Source: Coniocarpon cinnabarinum (lineage: Eukaryota). Taken from it: a DNA stretch of 64,000 nucleotides. Where the stretch lies: positions 124,001-188,000 of the forward strand of contig JAVECO010000006.1 of the NCBI GenBank assembly GCA_051942205.1, in the 5' to 3' direction. The notes under the pieces are model-generated. The model ran no database searches, was not told the DNA's origin, and saw nothing but the letters and a program-made list of their open reading frames with translations. A program made the position numbers and the translations under genes. Positions 24,960 to 38,319 of the stretch are shown here, piece after piece; position 1 is the first letter of the stretch; the number at the start of each line of letters is the position of its first letter.

Positions 24960-26434
24960 ACTGGTAGAGGGAAAGGCTCTGCGTCAGAGCCGTTGTATGG
25001 TGCGGACTTGAAAGTGTAACAAGATTTTTTCTTTCGTTTGTCTCTTTCATTATGCTACGCGAGGATAACCACGAGTGGGTTTTATAAGCAAGAATATGCT
25101 TTTGCAAGACCCCAGCCATTTTGGTGAGGAACACGTTGCAATGCTTCGATATGCCTTGCAAGTCATTTGCCCCAGCGCCAAATCCCTAACATGGTTTCCA
25201 AGCGTGATGTTTCAGATGAAGCGGCCCACGCCATCCGTGTAGAGCCGCGCGGAAGGATGGGGGCCACAGGCACGTCGGATCGAGCTCTGTGGTCGTGTTC
25301 CGCCCAATTCGTCAGGACGCAGAACAGGTTCACCTGATACATAGCTGTGAGCATGCGTGCCAGCCAGTCATGCCATGAATTTGCATTATATCAACATTGT
25401 ATGTCGCACAGTATGGATATCGGGCCTCGCAGCTGTGCTGCGAAAGCAAGGCTTTTTCATGTGAGCAAGACCGTGGCGATCACTTCTATAGCGTTAACCC
25501 TTTACAGCAGTCTACGAACTGACCGCAAGCTACTCGCAGAGCACGAAGCCAGATTCAGTTGTCGGTGTACCACTTTGGGCGGGTTACAATCGCATGGCAC
25601 AGAACGTCGGGACAGAACGTCTGCGAGTGATGGGTGTTTAGGCTAGCATTAGTGTTCCGTCGATGCGGCCCGCTCATGTATTTTCACTAAAGGTGGCTTG
25701 AAAACTGGGGCGAGGCGAAGACAGAGGTTTCATGCGACAATTTGGCATGAGGGCTGAATTTTTGTGCATTCCAGATCCTGGGGCTTGTCAACATGAACCG
25801 CGTGCTTGAATTGCATAGGAGGACGGCTGTAGCTGGTGATGCTCAGTTGTCTTCGTGCAAAAAGGTAGCCATATCGATAACTTCGAATGCGGCACTGCCG
25901 TCGACGCGCGGACATGGCCTATGCAGTATGGTACATCTAGGAATTGTATCATTGAATGTCCAGTCGCTGCATCACTGTATTTGCCAGCAACGACAGAGGC
26001 TCATTGCATCGATGGTTGCTCGATTGGATGCGTCCAGCATGCTTTAAGCTTCTCTAATAAATATAGGGTGATTGCAGCTAGTCTTTGACAGACATGTCAG
26101 GAACTTGCAGGAGAGCATCTTCACCCGAAACAAACAGTACCCTGTACTCGAAGAAGATCACGTGCAGCATCCCTATGCGGTGTTGACTATGCTCGGGCCA
26201 AGGAGCTCCGACGTGCAGGCCTTTGCATGTGAGAAACATTGAAACAAATTTCACAGCTTTCCCATGCCGACTCGTAAGCTCCAAGCTCGCATACCTTGTA
26301 GGGATTTGGGTCATCGGGTCCTCCGGAGGTCGAAATTCATTGCTATGCATACATCTGTCGCATCCTTGGTGGACGCTAGGTGAACAAAGAAATCCCGCAC
26401 ATCACAGCTTCTCCTATCTTGTGGACTTTCCAAG

Positions 26435-27962
26435 ATGGATATGGCTGGGCGAAGTCAGTGAGAGAACTCAGGTGCCGAGATGTGTGAGGATACTAACAGC
26501 ATGTCACAGGTACAGCAGCGCATGAGTGCGTCTCAGAAGATGCACTTTCCCATCTGAAATCCTACAAGTACAGCAGCGTTGACAAGTCCTACCTTTCAAA
26601 ATATATTCTAAAACATTATGTTCGTCACATCGACCGCTATAAGGCGCAGATCTCTTGCTGGACTGACCAAGAGCGCAGTGGAATGCTTTCGTCGAGTTAT
26701 TACCGCTATGGCTGGCACCAAACATGGTTACATTGATTGGGTTCTTCTTTATACTTGGCAACATTGCGTTATGCGCCTGGCTGATACCTGATCTTGTGGG
26801 GCCAGTGAGTAACAATAAATGACTGATGCTTCGCTGTTTTCCTAAGGCGGTGGAACAGGCGCCTTCTTGGGTGTATTGCAGCTTTGCTTTCGGCTTGTGG
26901 ATGTATTCAACCATGGACAACGTAGACGGGAAACAGGCTCGCAGGACTGGTACCTCCAGCGGACTCGGAGAACTATTCGAGTAGGTTGTCCATTCCACCT
27001 CGATCCAGGGAGCGAAATCTCACTGGAAAGGATAGCCATGGCATTGATTCTCTGAACTGCACGTTGGGGAGTCTGCTCGAGACCGCAGCAATGGGACTGG
27101 GACCCAGCAAGACTGGAGCTTTCACTGCTCTTGTTCCATGCCTGCCGATGTTTTTCTCGACATGGGAGACTTATCATACCCATACACTGTATTTGGGCTA
27201 TTTCAATGGTCCCACAGGTCCGTTTCCGAGCGACCGCAGCGCGACCCTGGCTAATTAACTGTAGAGGGACTCGTGCTTGCATGCTCTGTGATGCTCGTTT
27301 CAGCATACTTCGGCCCACAAGTCTGGAAGCAGCCTTTGGGCCAAATGTTCGACGTTCCTGAGACCTTGCAGTTCCTTGAAGACCGGACCCCACGGGACTT
27401 CTGGGTCCCAGTAATCTTGTTCGCATTTGTGACGGCGCATCTGCCGTCCTGCATAGTCAACGTTGCCAAAGCTCGTCGTTCTCGAGGCCAGTCGCTTACG
27501 CCAACACTCCTGGAATGGACCCCTATGATCATCTACACTGCCAGCTCTTGCGCGTGGATCTCAAGCCCTCATAGCATACTTTTGCGGGACAACCATCTTG
27601 TTCTCTTCTGTCTCACTCAAAGTTTTGTCTTCGGTCGCATGACAACGAAAATCATTCTTGCGCATCTGACTCGGCAGCCTTTTCCTTACTGGACCGTGCT
27701 GGTCTTGCCGCTGGCTGGCGGAGCCATAGCAACAAACCTGCCGAGGCTAGGCTTGCCCGGCCTGAGTCCGCAGATGGAGCTGTACTGGCTCTACGCCTAC
27801 TTCGTGTTCGCGATAGTAGTCTACTTTCGTTGGGCTCTGCTGGTCATCAACTCCATCTGTGAGTATCTCGGCATTAACTGTTTGACTATTCCAAGCAAAG
27901 AGCAACATAGCACTAAAGCTCGGCCGCTCGCCAACGGGAAAGTTAACGGGAAGGCTAGCTAA
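26435..27962 (+). CDS. EPT1: Choline/ethanolamine phosphotransferase (CDP-alcohol phosphotransferase), 6 exons
   Basis: Spliced HLKSYKYSSVDKSYLS, PLWLAPNMVTL, CDP-alcohol motif [38 protein letters not shown], multiple TM segments. EPT1 versus CPT1 cannot be separated. Confidence 0.92.
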
Positions 27963-28658
27963 ATCAAAACCAAGCCCGACTTTTGATGGTTTGAAACTTT
28001 AGACCAGTACATACTAATAGACAGGGCAATTCAACATTGCAAGGGCGGCTGTAGAAGCACAGACGACGAGAGAACCTCATTGGTTCACTACATGCAGGAT
28101 AAAAGGATTGCTGTACTCATGCGACTGTTGCGCTAGATAACTCTGTCACGTGGTGCTTGTTGATGAACGGAATCAATCGATGGTACGGAATCATTTGGTG
28201 TCGAAGAAGCGAGACATTTGCTTGAGTGAGAGCTTCCAGAGCTGGCCAACAAAATCTTCTCATTGGAGACTTTGAAGATTTTGGAGATATTCGAGTCTTC
28301 ACTCAATTGGTCCAACTTTGATCTTGTCTGATGTACCCCCCTACATTACCCAGGTGAGATATATCCGCATAGTCACATGGCAAGTCCGTGTTATGAAGGT
28401 GGCTGTGGCGGCCTTACGCCTCTGAAGAAAATGCTTAACCTGCCAAAAATTCTTGGATGTCACGAAATTATACTTCAATAGGTAAGCGTGATACGTATAC
28501 CCAACTGCCAACTTCACCTAGGCCATTCCGTACGTACAAGTAGCCTTCTTCCTGTAATTGTGGTCAGGCTTCATGCGCTCCAGTCTGGTTTCACACCGCG
28601 GCGCTTTAGTCATTCAGGCAAGCGTCGTTTGATAGGATGATGCCTCTAAAATCGTATC

Positions 28659-30833
28659 ATGCATCCTTCTCTTGGACGAAGGAGAAATTGGAATACGAGA
28701 ATAGATGATGATGACGAGGAAACGCCGCCCCTCCAGAGGTGGATGAAGGCAGCCTGGAGCAACGCCATCGATAATCTTCAGGATACAAAAAGCTCTGCGG
28801 GACAATTTCTGCACCGTCTGTCCTCAAAACCGAGAGACACTTGCAAGCTGTCTGTGCTCAGCATTGCTCGTCGGATCTGCTCGATTACAGGCCTCCTTGT
28901 CATCGTTTGGCTGGTAGCTCTTCATCAAGGAGAAGTCGTTGCATTTGATCGAAGTCTCGCAAGATGCGACTGGTCTAATTGGGAGCAATGGGTATATTGT
29001 AGTGTTGTGATGTTTTGCAGAAAAGCGCTAACGGAACTTCAGCCCCAGAACGCGAATCCACACCGCTTGGTCTTTGTGGCCGACCCTCAACTCGTTGATC
29101 CACATACATACCCAGGCCGACCGCCACCACTGTCAACAATCACAGTCGGTCTTTCGGACTTGTACATGCGTCGCACCTATTCCCGGATTCAGCAACGCAC
29201 ACTCCCTGATACCATTATTTTCCTGGGGGACCTCTTTGATGGAGGCCGAGAATGGGCGACCGAGTCATCTCAAAGCCTTGATGAACGATGGCAAAGGATA
29301 GGACAGAAGTATTGGCGATGTGAATTCAACCGTTTCAGTGGAATATTCCTCCAAGATTGGAAACAAACATTTCAAAAGAGGACAGCGGCAGATGACGATA
29401 ACGAAAACACTCGGATCATAGCAAGTCTGCCCGGCAATCACGACCTTGGATTTGGTGAGATGATCCAGATACCCGTGCGCGAGCGGTTCAACGCCTTTTT
29501 TGGGGATAGCAATCGCGTTGACTTCATTGGTAATCATACTTTTGTGTCGGTCGATACGGTCTCTTTGAGTGCTATAGACGATGACAGAAGCAATCCAGCC
29601 ATCTGGCGTCCAGCCTATGACTTTCTGAGGAATGTCACAAACCTGAAGGCTGCTCAGATTGAAAAGCATTTCCATTACGACGGAAACCCTGCTTCTCTGG
29701 AGCAAGTAAAGTTTTCACATACGGTTGAAGAGCCTGACAATCGCGTGGTAGAAGCGCCCGGGCGACCGACCTCTATTTCGGTGACGGAAGACATTCCAAC
29801 AATCCTGCTGACCCATGTCCCTCTGGACAGACCGCCCGGAAAGCCCTGTGGGCCGCTGCGGGAGCGGTGGCCACCGACAGCACCATCATCAGGGCAATCA
29901 CAGCCTATTGATTATGATGAGCGCAATGCGCTTCCATCTCTAGGGTTCGGTTGGCAGTACAAAAATGCTTTGTCTGCGCGCGTTTCTAGGCTCATCGTCA
30001 ATAGCTTAGAAGGTACTATCAGCCATACCTTTTCTGGTGATGATCACGACTTCTGCGAGGTCATACATCGATCGTATCCAAGCCCCGGTGCAGGCATCAG
30101 GGAGATCACGGTAAAGAGCTTGAGTTGGACGATGGGAGTTCGCAGACCGGGCTTCCTTCTAGTCAGCCTCTGGAACGAGCTTAAAAGTGACGGCCAGCAA
30201 TCTGCAAAAACGCAAAGCAAAAATCATGAAAGCTTGCAAACTCACCTCTGCCTGCTTCCGGATCAAATACGTATCTACATGCTCTATGGCCTTTTGTTGG
30301 GAATTTCGATGGTGTCACTCGCATTGCAAACGACCTATCAAATCTATCTCTCTGAAAACGATCTGCCTGGACTTCAAGACGAAAACGTGAAGCCGTTTCT
30401 CCCAATCTCTAACTCAGAGACGTCGTCGATGGTACGAGAAAAGTTTGAGCAAGACTCAAGCACGTCCTCCCAACCACCGATTGACTCTTTGGCAAGCTCA
30501 TCGTCTTCGGGCGATGGCCTCATGGCTCATGTATCCGCTCGTAATCCGACGTCTTTCCGTGAGCGTTCTGTGAGTCCGGTTCCACCCTATGGATATCATG
30601 CTCAATCTGCTACGGCGCTGCCCCTTGTTTCCTACGCAACGAACCGAGCGGGTTGGGACGATCCAGATTTGAGAAGACTTCCCAGGAAATCCAATTCTCT
30701 GAAGCGCAGGCGCAAGCCACGTCAGTCAAGGTCGCAGTACGTAGTAGTGAAATTTGCAACGTCGTTCACAAAAGCGGTCTGGGTGGTAGCACGCGTTGTT
30801 GTAATCTGGTATGTGTGGTTACTGTACAAATAA
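28659..30833 (+). CDS. CDC1: Cdc1/PGAP5-type metallophosphoesterase (GPI remodelling)
   Basis: VADPQLVDPHTYPGRP, FLGDLFDGGREW, SLPGNHDLG, LLTHVPL, FSGDDHD, EITVKSLSWTMG; N- and C-terminal TM helices; in-frame 51-nt intron 28992-29042. Confidence 0.88.
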   Translation: MHPSLGRRRNWNTRIDDDDEETPPLQRWMKAAWSNAIDNLQDTKSSAGQFLHRLSSKPRDTCKLSVLSIARRICSITGLLVIVWLVALHQGEVVAFDRSLARCDWSNWEQWVYCSVVMFCRKALTELQPQNANPHRLVFVADPQLVDPHTYPGRPPPLSTITVGLSDLYMRRTYSRIQQRTLPDTIIFLGDLFDGGREWATESSQSLDERWQRIGQKYWRCEFNRFSGIFLQDWKQTFQKRTAADDDNENTRIIASLPGNHDLGFGEMIQIPVRERFNAFFGDSNRVDFIGNHTFVSVDTVSLSAIDDDRSNPAIWRPAYDFLRNVTNLKAAQIEKHFHYDGNPASLEQVKFSHTVEEPDNRVVEAPGRPTSISVTEDIPTILLTHVPLDRPPGKPCGPLRERWPPTAPSSGQSQPIDYDERNALPSLGFGWQYKNALSARVSRLIVNSLEGTISHTFSGDDHDFCEVIHRSYPSPGAGIREITVKSLSWTMGVRRPGFLLVSLWNELKSDGQQSAKTQSKNHESLQTHLCLLPDQIRIYMLYGLLLGISMVSLALQTTYQIYLSENDLPGLQDENVKPFLPISNSETSSMVREKFEQDSSTSSQPPIDSLASSSSSGDGLMAHVSARNPTSFRERSVSPVPPYGYHAQSATALPLVSYATNRAGWDDPDLRRLPRKSNSLKRRRKPRQSRSQYVVVKFATSFTKAVWVVARVVVIWYVWLLYK

Positions 30834-31822
30834 TGCATAGCGAGCGAGTCCTGCCTGATCCAAGGCTGCGTTTTCATATCAAAGAGGATTTGGTCAAACG
30901 TGTGTATATGCACGTCCGAAGTCAATGAGCGTTCTGGCAGGACAAGGTGCATCGACGCACGTGACTCATCATAGAACGTGACAGCCTCACTTAACCGCCG
31001 CGTTCCGTCGCGCTTCTGTCAGCACGCTAATCCTTGTTTGCACGCGCGCGGCTACAAAGGTCACCTTGAACCACGCCTCTTCTTTGCTTGTGAAACAAAC
31101 CGCCTCGCTGTAAGATTGTGTGCTATCTGATTGAATGCGCGCGTCACCGCTTGAATCATATCAATACTTGCTGTGACATGGTCTGCTGAATCTCCAGAGT
31201 GCTTCGTCTTCCCGGTCTGGTCCTAACACAACTCTGCATCTGCATAAAATGGAACTGCACAACAAATAGCAACAAATAGCTCTCTGGGTCCTGGACATCC
31301 TTCAACAGTCGCTGCAGCGCTGAGTCTCGATGTATGTAGGTCTCACGGTCCCGAGTGTCTGGCATTGTGCGGCGCAGCGATAACAACAAGGGTGATACGC
31401 GCTTGTGCATGCCTTATACTCCTATTGAATCTGGAACGTTACACAAAAGTCCAGTGCATTGGTTGCTCATTCCACCTTGCCGCGCAAATGTGCCACATGT
31501 TGCCTTGTCCGTTCTTAAAAGCCCTCCACTCCTCCCTTTACCCTTCTTGACCGTGATCTACCGCTGCTTGGCGAGCTGAGGCAAACTCTGCGTGCCCGCT
31601 ACCTGTCGCGACGTCGCTCATTCTTCGTCCCCAACAAAGGTGACTGTCACTCGTTCTTGTGTTGTTTATTTTCCATCGCCTCTCACCTCTTACTGCATTT
31701 TAACAACCGGAATCCTTGTTGCAACCAAATCTGAGTCAACAGTATTACCTTTTTGGCAACCTCCACGAAAGCACAACTGGTTGTTGCCATTGCTAATGTT
31801 CTTCTTGGGTTCCGTCGGCGAC

Positions 31823-33396
31823 ATGTTGACACTCAAAGGTAGGCCATCAGCCACTCTTCGTTCTCTTCATCACCCTTGTCTTCGGTGGTGCTGAAACCTT
31901 TGACTCAGGCATCTGCGCGTTGCTCGCGGTACTTCGCGTTGTGAGCGCCCAACTCAACTGCGGCTCCTGCACACAAATAGGAGGCAATTGTTATTGCGAG
32001 AAACAGTCTGCAATACAATACAATGACTTTGGGGCTGGGGGAACCTACCATGATGTGACAAACATTCAATCATGTGCCAAGACTCCTTTCAACTACCCCA
32101 AGGCACCCTCTGCGCCTCTCAATGAGGAGGTATGTTCTTTGAGACATGCAACATGCTCCCTCCTCTTTGGAGGGAGAACTCTCCAGCGCTTGAACTAACA
32201 TGACGCTGGTCAGGTCACCGTTGTAGTTCGTGGACCCGTTCGACTCAAGCAGTTTGCGGCTTACGCGCCATTAGCAAATCCCAAGTAGGTTAGCAAATGT
32301 GCCTCCAGCACATCTTTCGCATCCAATCGCAATAGTAGTAGGGGTTGTAGCTGGCTACTGACGCGTCCGCAGATCAAAGCGTAACCCCACACATGGTCAC
32401 GGTCATCAACATGCTCATATTCACGAGGAGCAGAAACGTGCCATGCAAGTCATGAGCTTCACTTCCAATGGCAAGGTCATAGATTTCACGGCCAATCCGG
32501 CGACGTGGTATGGTGGAGCTGCAGCACCAACAGCTGTTTCTGCCCCTGCCCCTGCCCAGCAGCACAAGGCAGTTCCGCAGCAGCCACCTCAACAACCACC
32601 AATATCCGCGCCACAACCAGCCAAAGGTCCGAGCGAGCCACCTGCATCCGAGCCTGCGGCATCCGCTGCGCCTGGCGATTGGGCTCAGTTGGGCAGCTAC
32701 AACGCAGCAGGTCCATCGGCAAGCGGCATCGTCTTTTTAAAGTCCAACTATGCACCTCTGACGTACATGGCTGCAAATGGGAAGACTACGCAGTCCTCCG
32801 AGACGACCCTTCAGGATGTGCTCATTCCATCAAATGAAGAATTCACCATCTGGACCAACAAGAAGTGCGCTGATGGAAATGACTGTGGCTATTACGACCC
32901 GTCAGTCGCCGCGTACCATGGGTTTGGGGGTAGCTCGAAGGCCTTTGTGTTTGAGTTCAGCATGCCCACTGATGAGCAGAACGCGAACGAGCTCCCTTGC
33001 TCATCCAACTTGAATCCCAATATGGCGGCAATCTGGCTGCTGAACTCCAAAGTCCCTCGCGTTGCACAGTACGGGTGCAACTGTCACCCACAGTGCGGTG
33101 AGTTTGATCTGTTCGAGGTGCTCAACAACACGCAAGCGGAGGGCAAGAACAGCGCCAACATGATGAAGTCGACGTTCTACAGTGCCGAGCAGAGTCTGGG
33201 ATCGAGCGACTGGTTCCCACGGCCAATGGACAAACCTGTCAAAGGCGCAGTGGTGATGTGCGACTACGCCGCGACGATCGCCCTGCTGCCGGATGACTTT
33301 GAAATCGGGCCCACACTGACGTCGAGTCAGATCTCATCTATCGTATCGAACGTCCCCGGTTCTGCGAAGACAGTGTTGCCGAATGGCAAGAGATGA
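31823..33396 (+). CDS. TOS1: Tos1/Pga52-like secreted cell-wall glycosidase-like protein, 4 exons
   Basis: Signal peptide MLTLKGICALLAVLRVVSA, GNCYC, PLNEEVTVVVRGPVRLKQFAAY, His-rich KR..KR spacer, YHGFGG..KAFVFEFSMP, AIWLLN..PRVAQYGC, CGEFDLFEVL. Confidence 0.82.
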
Positions 33397-34269
33397 GTTG
33401 GTGCTCATGGCACGACTGGATTCCTCCCGTGATCACTGTACATTGTGAATCAGTACAGCTGGTTCGGGTCAAGAGAGTTGTGAAGGAGTGAGGGATACCC
33501 GAATACAGGGTCCCCGAATCGATTGCGATTCAATCAAGATGCGGATCTCACTGCGCCACGCAACCCGGCGCCTGCGGTGCTGTATGGGTTTGCTGGCGTG
33601 GTAATCGCCGATCAGCCAGCAGTGTAGGCACTCCACGTCCCGTACATTGAACGGGGCCAAGACTGCAAGTGGCAGCAGGAGATGAGGCTGTGCGCTAAGG
33701 CGTTGTGGCGGTGGCGTCATTGGGTGTAAGGTAGGTATCAACGACAGCCCATTGGCAGGGTGTAATCCTTACCGTGCGTCTGAGCAGGTGCGATTGGGAA
33801 ATGGAATAGCGCTGGGGGTCGGGCAGGTGACCTCTGTGGCAACGTGGCAGCGCAGTCCTTCCAGTCGTTGGTCGCACGAGCTGAGGCAGCTGCAGGGAGG
33901 GAAAGCGAGGGAAAGCGCGTGGGGCCTGGAGGTCTGGCGCCTGGCCCTCTGCTGCTGCGCACATCTGCACACAGCACAGCTTCAGCACCACCAAATCTCT
34001 ACTTCCATCCCGTCACCGGCCTAGTCCTTCCTCTTGTTGGCACACTCATAGTCAATATTAAGCTCGCAAGCTCCTCGTCACCCTGCTTGCCTACCCATTG
34101 ACCTCGTTTTCCTGCACCGGCCCGCACCGCCGCACCCTTCATCCTTCCAGCCCCACCATCTTATCACCTCAAGTCCTCTTCTCGGCCTCTTTTCTTGCTA
34201 CCCTCACAACACTCCTTCACCGCGACCGAGCGCTGAGCCCGCGGGCTTCAGCCAAGCTTTCTCGCCGTC

Positions 34270-36110
34270 ATGTCGAGCAGCTGTGAGTCAACCTCCGCCC
34301 GCTCCCTGCTCTCCTGCCGGCCCGGGGCAGTCACGCGCGCCTACCACATTCAGCACCATGAGGACCCCAGATCTCATGTGCTCTCGAGATCCGTCTCTTT
34401 CGTGTCTGCCTGTTCCTGACCTGTCCACTCATTCTGTATCCCTTCGGCCTAGTCATACTCCCTCATATCCCTCAGCACCCTCCTTGCACACGTCATTTGA
34501 TCTGCCGTACCATTCTTCCGCCTGCCACACGCCCTGAGAGCACCTGCCATATCACCCTCTTCCTCCCCCGTCGTCGCCATGGCCTGGGCACCGCCTGTAC
34601 AAAACAGACACGCTGACCACTCTCATCATCAAGTTAACAGCATGCTCAACAAGTTCCATGGCCAACCTGAAAGCTATGTTAAAAAGTTGGTTGTCCCGCC
34701 TTCTGTCTCTTTTCAAATGCCCCTTGCACCTCCTCCGGCCCCCTTCACCAGAGCCGCTGCGCTTCCATCCACCCCACAAACCACCCTTCGAAGACAGTGA
34801 CAGCGAGGATGACGATCATGATGGCGATGACGATGATGCTGAGTGGTTTGAAACGTCTAGGTCAAAATATCACATGGGCCGAACGCTCGGCGCCGGCACC
34901 TATGGCATCGTGCGAGAAGCAGACAGCAATGTTGGGAAGGTCGCGGTCAAGATCATCTTGAAGAAAAACGTCAAGGGCAATGAGCAGATGGTTTACGACG
35001 AGCTCGCCATGCTGCGGCAGTTGCATCACCAACACATTGTCGCGTTTCATGACTGGTTCGAATCAAAAGTGCGTATAAGAGAACCCTGGGCCAAGGTCTC
35101 CACTGACACGTTCCGACAGGACAAGTTCTACATCGTAACACAGTTAGCACTGGGTGGCGAATTGTTCGACAGGATTTGTGAAAAGGGCCGTTTCACAGAG
35201 CGAGATGCGGCAGTGACGATTCGTCAAGTCTTCGATGCTGTCAACTACCTCCATCAGCAAAACATTGTTCATAGAGGTAGGTCGAGCTGCAATTAAAAGA
35301 CGGTGGCTCAGCTGACCATTTCTAGACCTTAAGCCTGAGAACCTCCTCTACCTTACCAAAGACCCTGACTCTGCACTCGTATTGGCTGATTTTGGCATTG
35401 CAAAGATGCTCGATCAGAAGGACGAGGTACTTACCACCATGGCTGGATCATTTGGTTACGCAGCGCCCGAAATCATGCAACGTCACGGACACGGCAAACC
35501 TGTTGACATGTGGTCCATGGGCGTCATCACGTATACTTTGCTGTGTGGATATTCGCCTTTCCGAAGCGAGAGCATGGCCGACCTCATACAAGAGTGCAGC
35601 TCAGGACGTGTCGTGTTTCATGAGCGCTACTGGAGAGACGTTAGCAAAGACGCCAAGGAGTTTATTCGCGCTTTGTTGCAGCCTGATCCGTCCCGACGCC
35701 TTACCAGCCAGCAAGCTTTGAGTCACTCTTGGCTTACTGGCCAGACCGCCTCCGATGTTGACATCGTCAAGACGCTCCGCTCACGTCGCATCAGAACTCG
35801 GATGCGTCTTGCCATCGAACGTGTTCAACTCAGAAATCGGATTGAAAACATTCGGCGACAGCAGTCTCTGGAGGAGCAGGACGACGGAGAGGATGCAGAC
35901 ATACCGACAGACTCCGAGCACGCGGCAGACGAAGCTCTCCAAACGCCCGATGGCGCGGCGAAGACCAAACCAGGCCACATGAGCCGCGCCCAACAAGCTG
36001 ATATCTTGAGAAGTGTAGTGCTGGCGAAAGCGAGAGAAGAGCGAGAGATGGCGGAGAACCAGAAGCTTGAGGAAGTGGCAAGCAAGACCGGAACCTTGCC
36101 CAAGGCTTAA
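34270..36110 (+). CDS. CMK1: Ca2+/calmodulin-dependent protein kinase (cmkA/CMK1), 5 exons
   Basis: Exons 34270-34282, 34634-34685, then 34861 onward give [73 protein letters not shown]; basic CaM-binding-like segment after the kinase domain. Confidence 0.93.
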
Positions 36111-36700
36111 TGGAGGTCGAGACGAGCAGATGACCGACTATTCACTCGATTCCCATGGATTGGCGCAATGAAGACGGAACGGGCAAAGGAAAATGTGCAG
36201 ATTGTGCTTTCGAGGCCGGGCCTCAAATCAGCAAATAGTAGCGCAATAATGATACCCCAAAGTTGACAAATAACTCTGACAATAAGCGAATTCATGTTGC
36301 ATTGACATTGCTCTGTCCCTGGCGAATATGGAAGGCCATATATGGGTCAATTGGTCGGTGTATGGGGTGAGGGCATGCCTTCAGTAGTTTAGAGCTGGCA
36401 GTGGAGAGGCAGAGGTGAGGGTTGCGTAACCCTCCGTCTCATTTTCGTCTGAACCGAGGTTTGTTGATCACATCGCAGCCTCAAAGCTATTGTATGTATG
36501 ACTGTGTGAAGCGGTTTCCTAGTGCTCTACGTTAAGGGCTATTACATTCTCAATTTCATGTGTTCTAGTTACTGAGACATTTACTGAGCTTCTCAGACCT
36601 AGAGCGTGGTCAAAGTGGTGGCTGAGTACCGAGCCATTGCTTGATCCCCACCTTGAGCATGAGGTAGCACTCACCATAGACACAAGTCATCCATTAGCTC

Positions 36701-38319
36701 ATGGCAGCCACGACTGTGTCGCCTCCGAAGCCCTGGGAGCGCGCACAGGCTGTGGGTCCTGCGCCAAGCTCGACTTCAACCGGTTTGTGAAAGTTCTGGC
36801 GATGGTGATATACTGCGATGAGACTAACTTTCTGCCCAGCTCTGGCCACGACCACCAACAACGGATCTATCAGCTCGCCAAACGCTCAAAACTCGTCACC
36901 GTCTGCCAACGCTCCGACTGTCCCCGAGCGGCCTTCTTCCTTAAATTCTGTCGTGAATCGCACTGCCTCCTCATATACCAATCCGCAATCCTCGACTTAC
37001 AATCGACCGTACTCATCTAGCTACTCGTCGCCTTACTCCGGCATGTCAAACCCATATGGCTACTCCTCCCCTTATTCTCGCTTCGGTTCTTATGGCGGTA
37101 TGTACGGTGGCATGGGTGGCATGGGCGGGTACGGAATGGGAGGCTACGGCATGGGAGGGATGTATGGCGGTATGGGCGGTATGGGCGGTATGGGAGGGAT
37201 GTATGGGCAACAGGGCGACCCCAATGACCCAAATAGCATGACGCAAAATTTCGCGCAGAGCACACAGGCAACCTTTCAGATCATTGAGAGCATTGTCGGC
37301 GCATTCGGAGGGTTTGCACAGATGTTGGAGAGCACGTACATGGCGACGCATTCGTCTTTCTTCGGTAAGATCACTGGGGTCAGTCACTTCTTGTTCGATT
37401 ACTGACGGCTGTCTCAGCTATGATTAATGTCGCGGATCAGTTCTCCACTCTCCGACATACACTTGGCTCTGTCCTAGGTATTTATGCTCTACTTCGCTGG
37501 GTAAGGACTTTATTCGCAAAGATCACTGGTCGACCGCCGCCAGCCGATGCAGCCGCACTCACGCCAGCAGCGTTCTCCGCTTTTATGGGCAAAACCGACC
37601 CCACCTTGCCCGCTGGCATGACACGAGGTGCAGACGGCCAGCCGATTCCAAAGCCGAGCAAGAAGCCATTCGTGATGTTTCTCTTAGCCGTTTTCGGCTT
37701 GCCATACCTCATGGGCAAATTAATCAAAGCTCTGGCAAGGGGCGCAGAGCAGGGCGCGGGAGCTCTTCCGTCTGGTACAGTATATGACCAACAAGGTCAG
37801 CCTTTACCGATGAACATGCAGGCCCCGCATGTGCAGCGCGCAATGCAGCAGCAGCAAATGGACCTTCAGAAACAACAACAGAAAACCTTTGACCCGAGCC
37901 AACTAGATTTTTGCAGAGTGCTTTACGACTTTCCGCCTGCTGATGCCGTTGCTGCTGGCACGACGAATCCTGAAATGGACTTGAATGTGAAGAAGGGCGA
38001 CCTTGTCGCCGTATTGGACAAGTCAGATCCTGATGGCAAGGGACCCGAAAGTGAAGGCGCATGGTGGCGGTGCAGAGCCCGAGACGGCAGGATGGGATAC
38101 CTGCCAAGAGTGTACCTCGAGGCGATCCAAAGAAGACAGCAGCAGATCGAGAATGGTCGAGCCAACTCGATGCCGGGAAGTAGCGCACCACTGAAGCCGA
38201 CTAACGGAGTGAAGAATGTCAGCCCTCCACAGTCTAGAGCACAAACGATGGGTGCAGGAACACGACCGACTGGAGCTGGTGTTGGCGATTTTCAGAAAAG
38301 CTGGGGCACAGGACAGTAA
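36701..38319 (+). CDS. PEX13: Peroxin 13, 3 exons
   Basis: N-terminal SPPKPWER, YG/GGM-rich region, STQATFQIIESIVGAFGGFAQMLESTYMATHSSFF, KPFVMFLLAVFGLPYLMGKLI, C-terminal SH3 (FCRVLYDF..KKGDLVAVL..WWRCRARDGRMGYLP). Confidence 0.95.
37085..37207 (+). repeat. Coding GGM/YGG peptide repeats of the Pex13 YG domain
   Basis: Imperfect 9-nt units ggcggtatg/ggcatggga encoding YGGMYGGMGGMGGYGMGGYGMGGMYGGMGGMGGMGGMYG. Confidence 0.85.

Noticed and set aside
25163..26350. Possible spliced minus-strand gene divergent from EPT1
   Set aside because: Donor/acceptor-like sites exist but the joins tried give only short peptides; unsupported.
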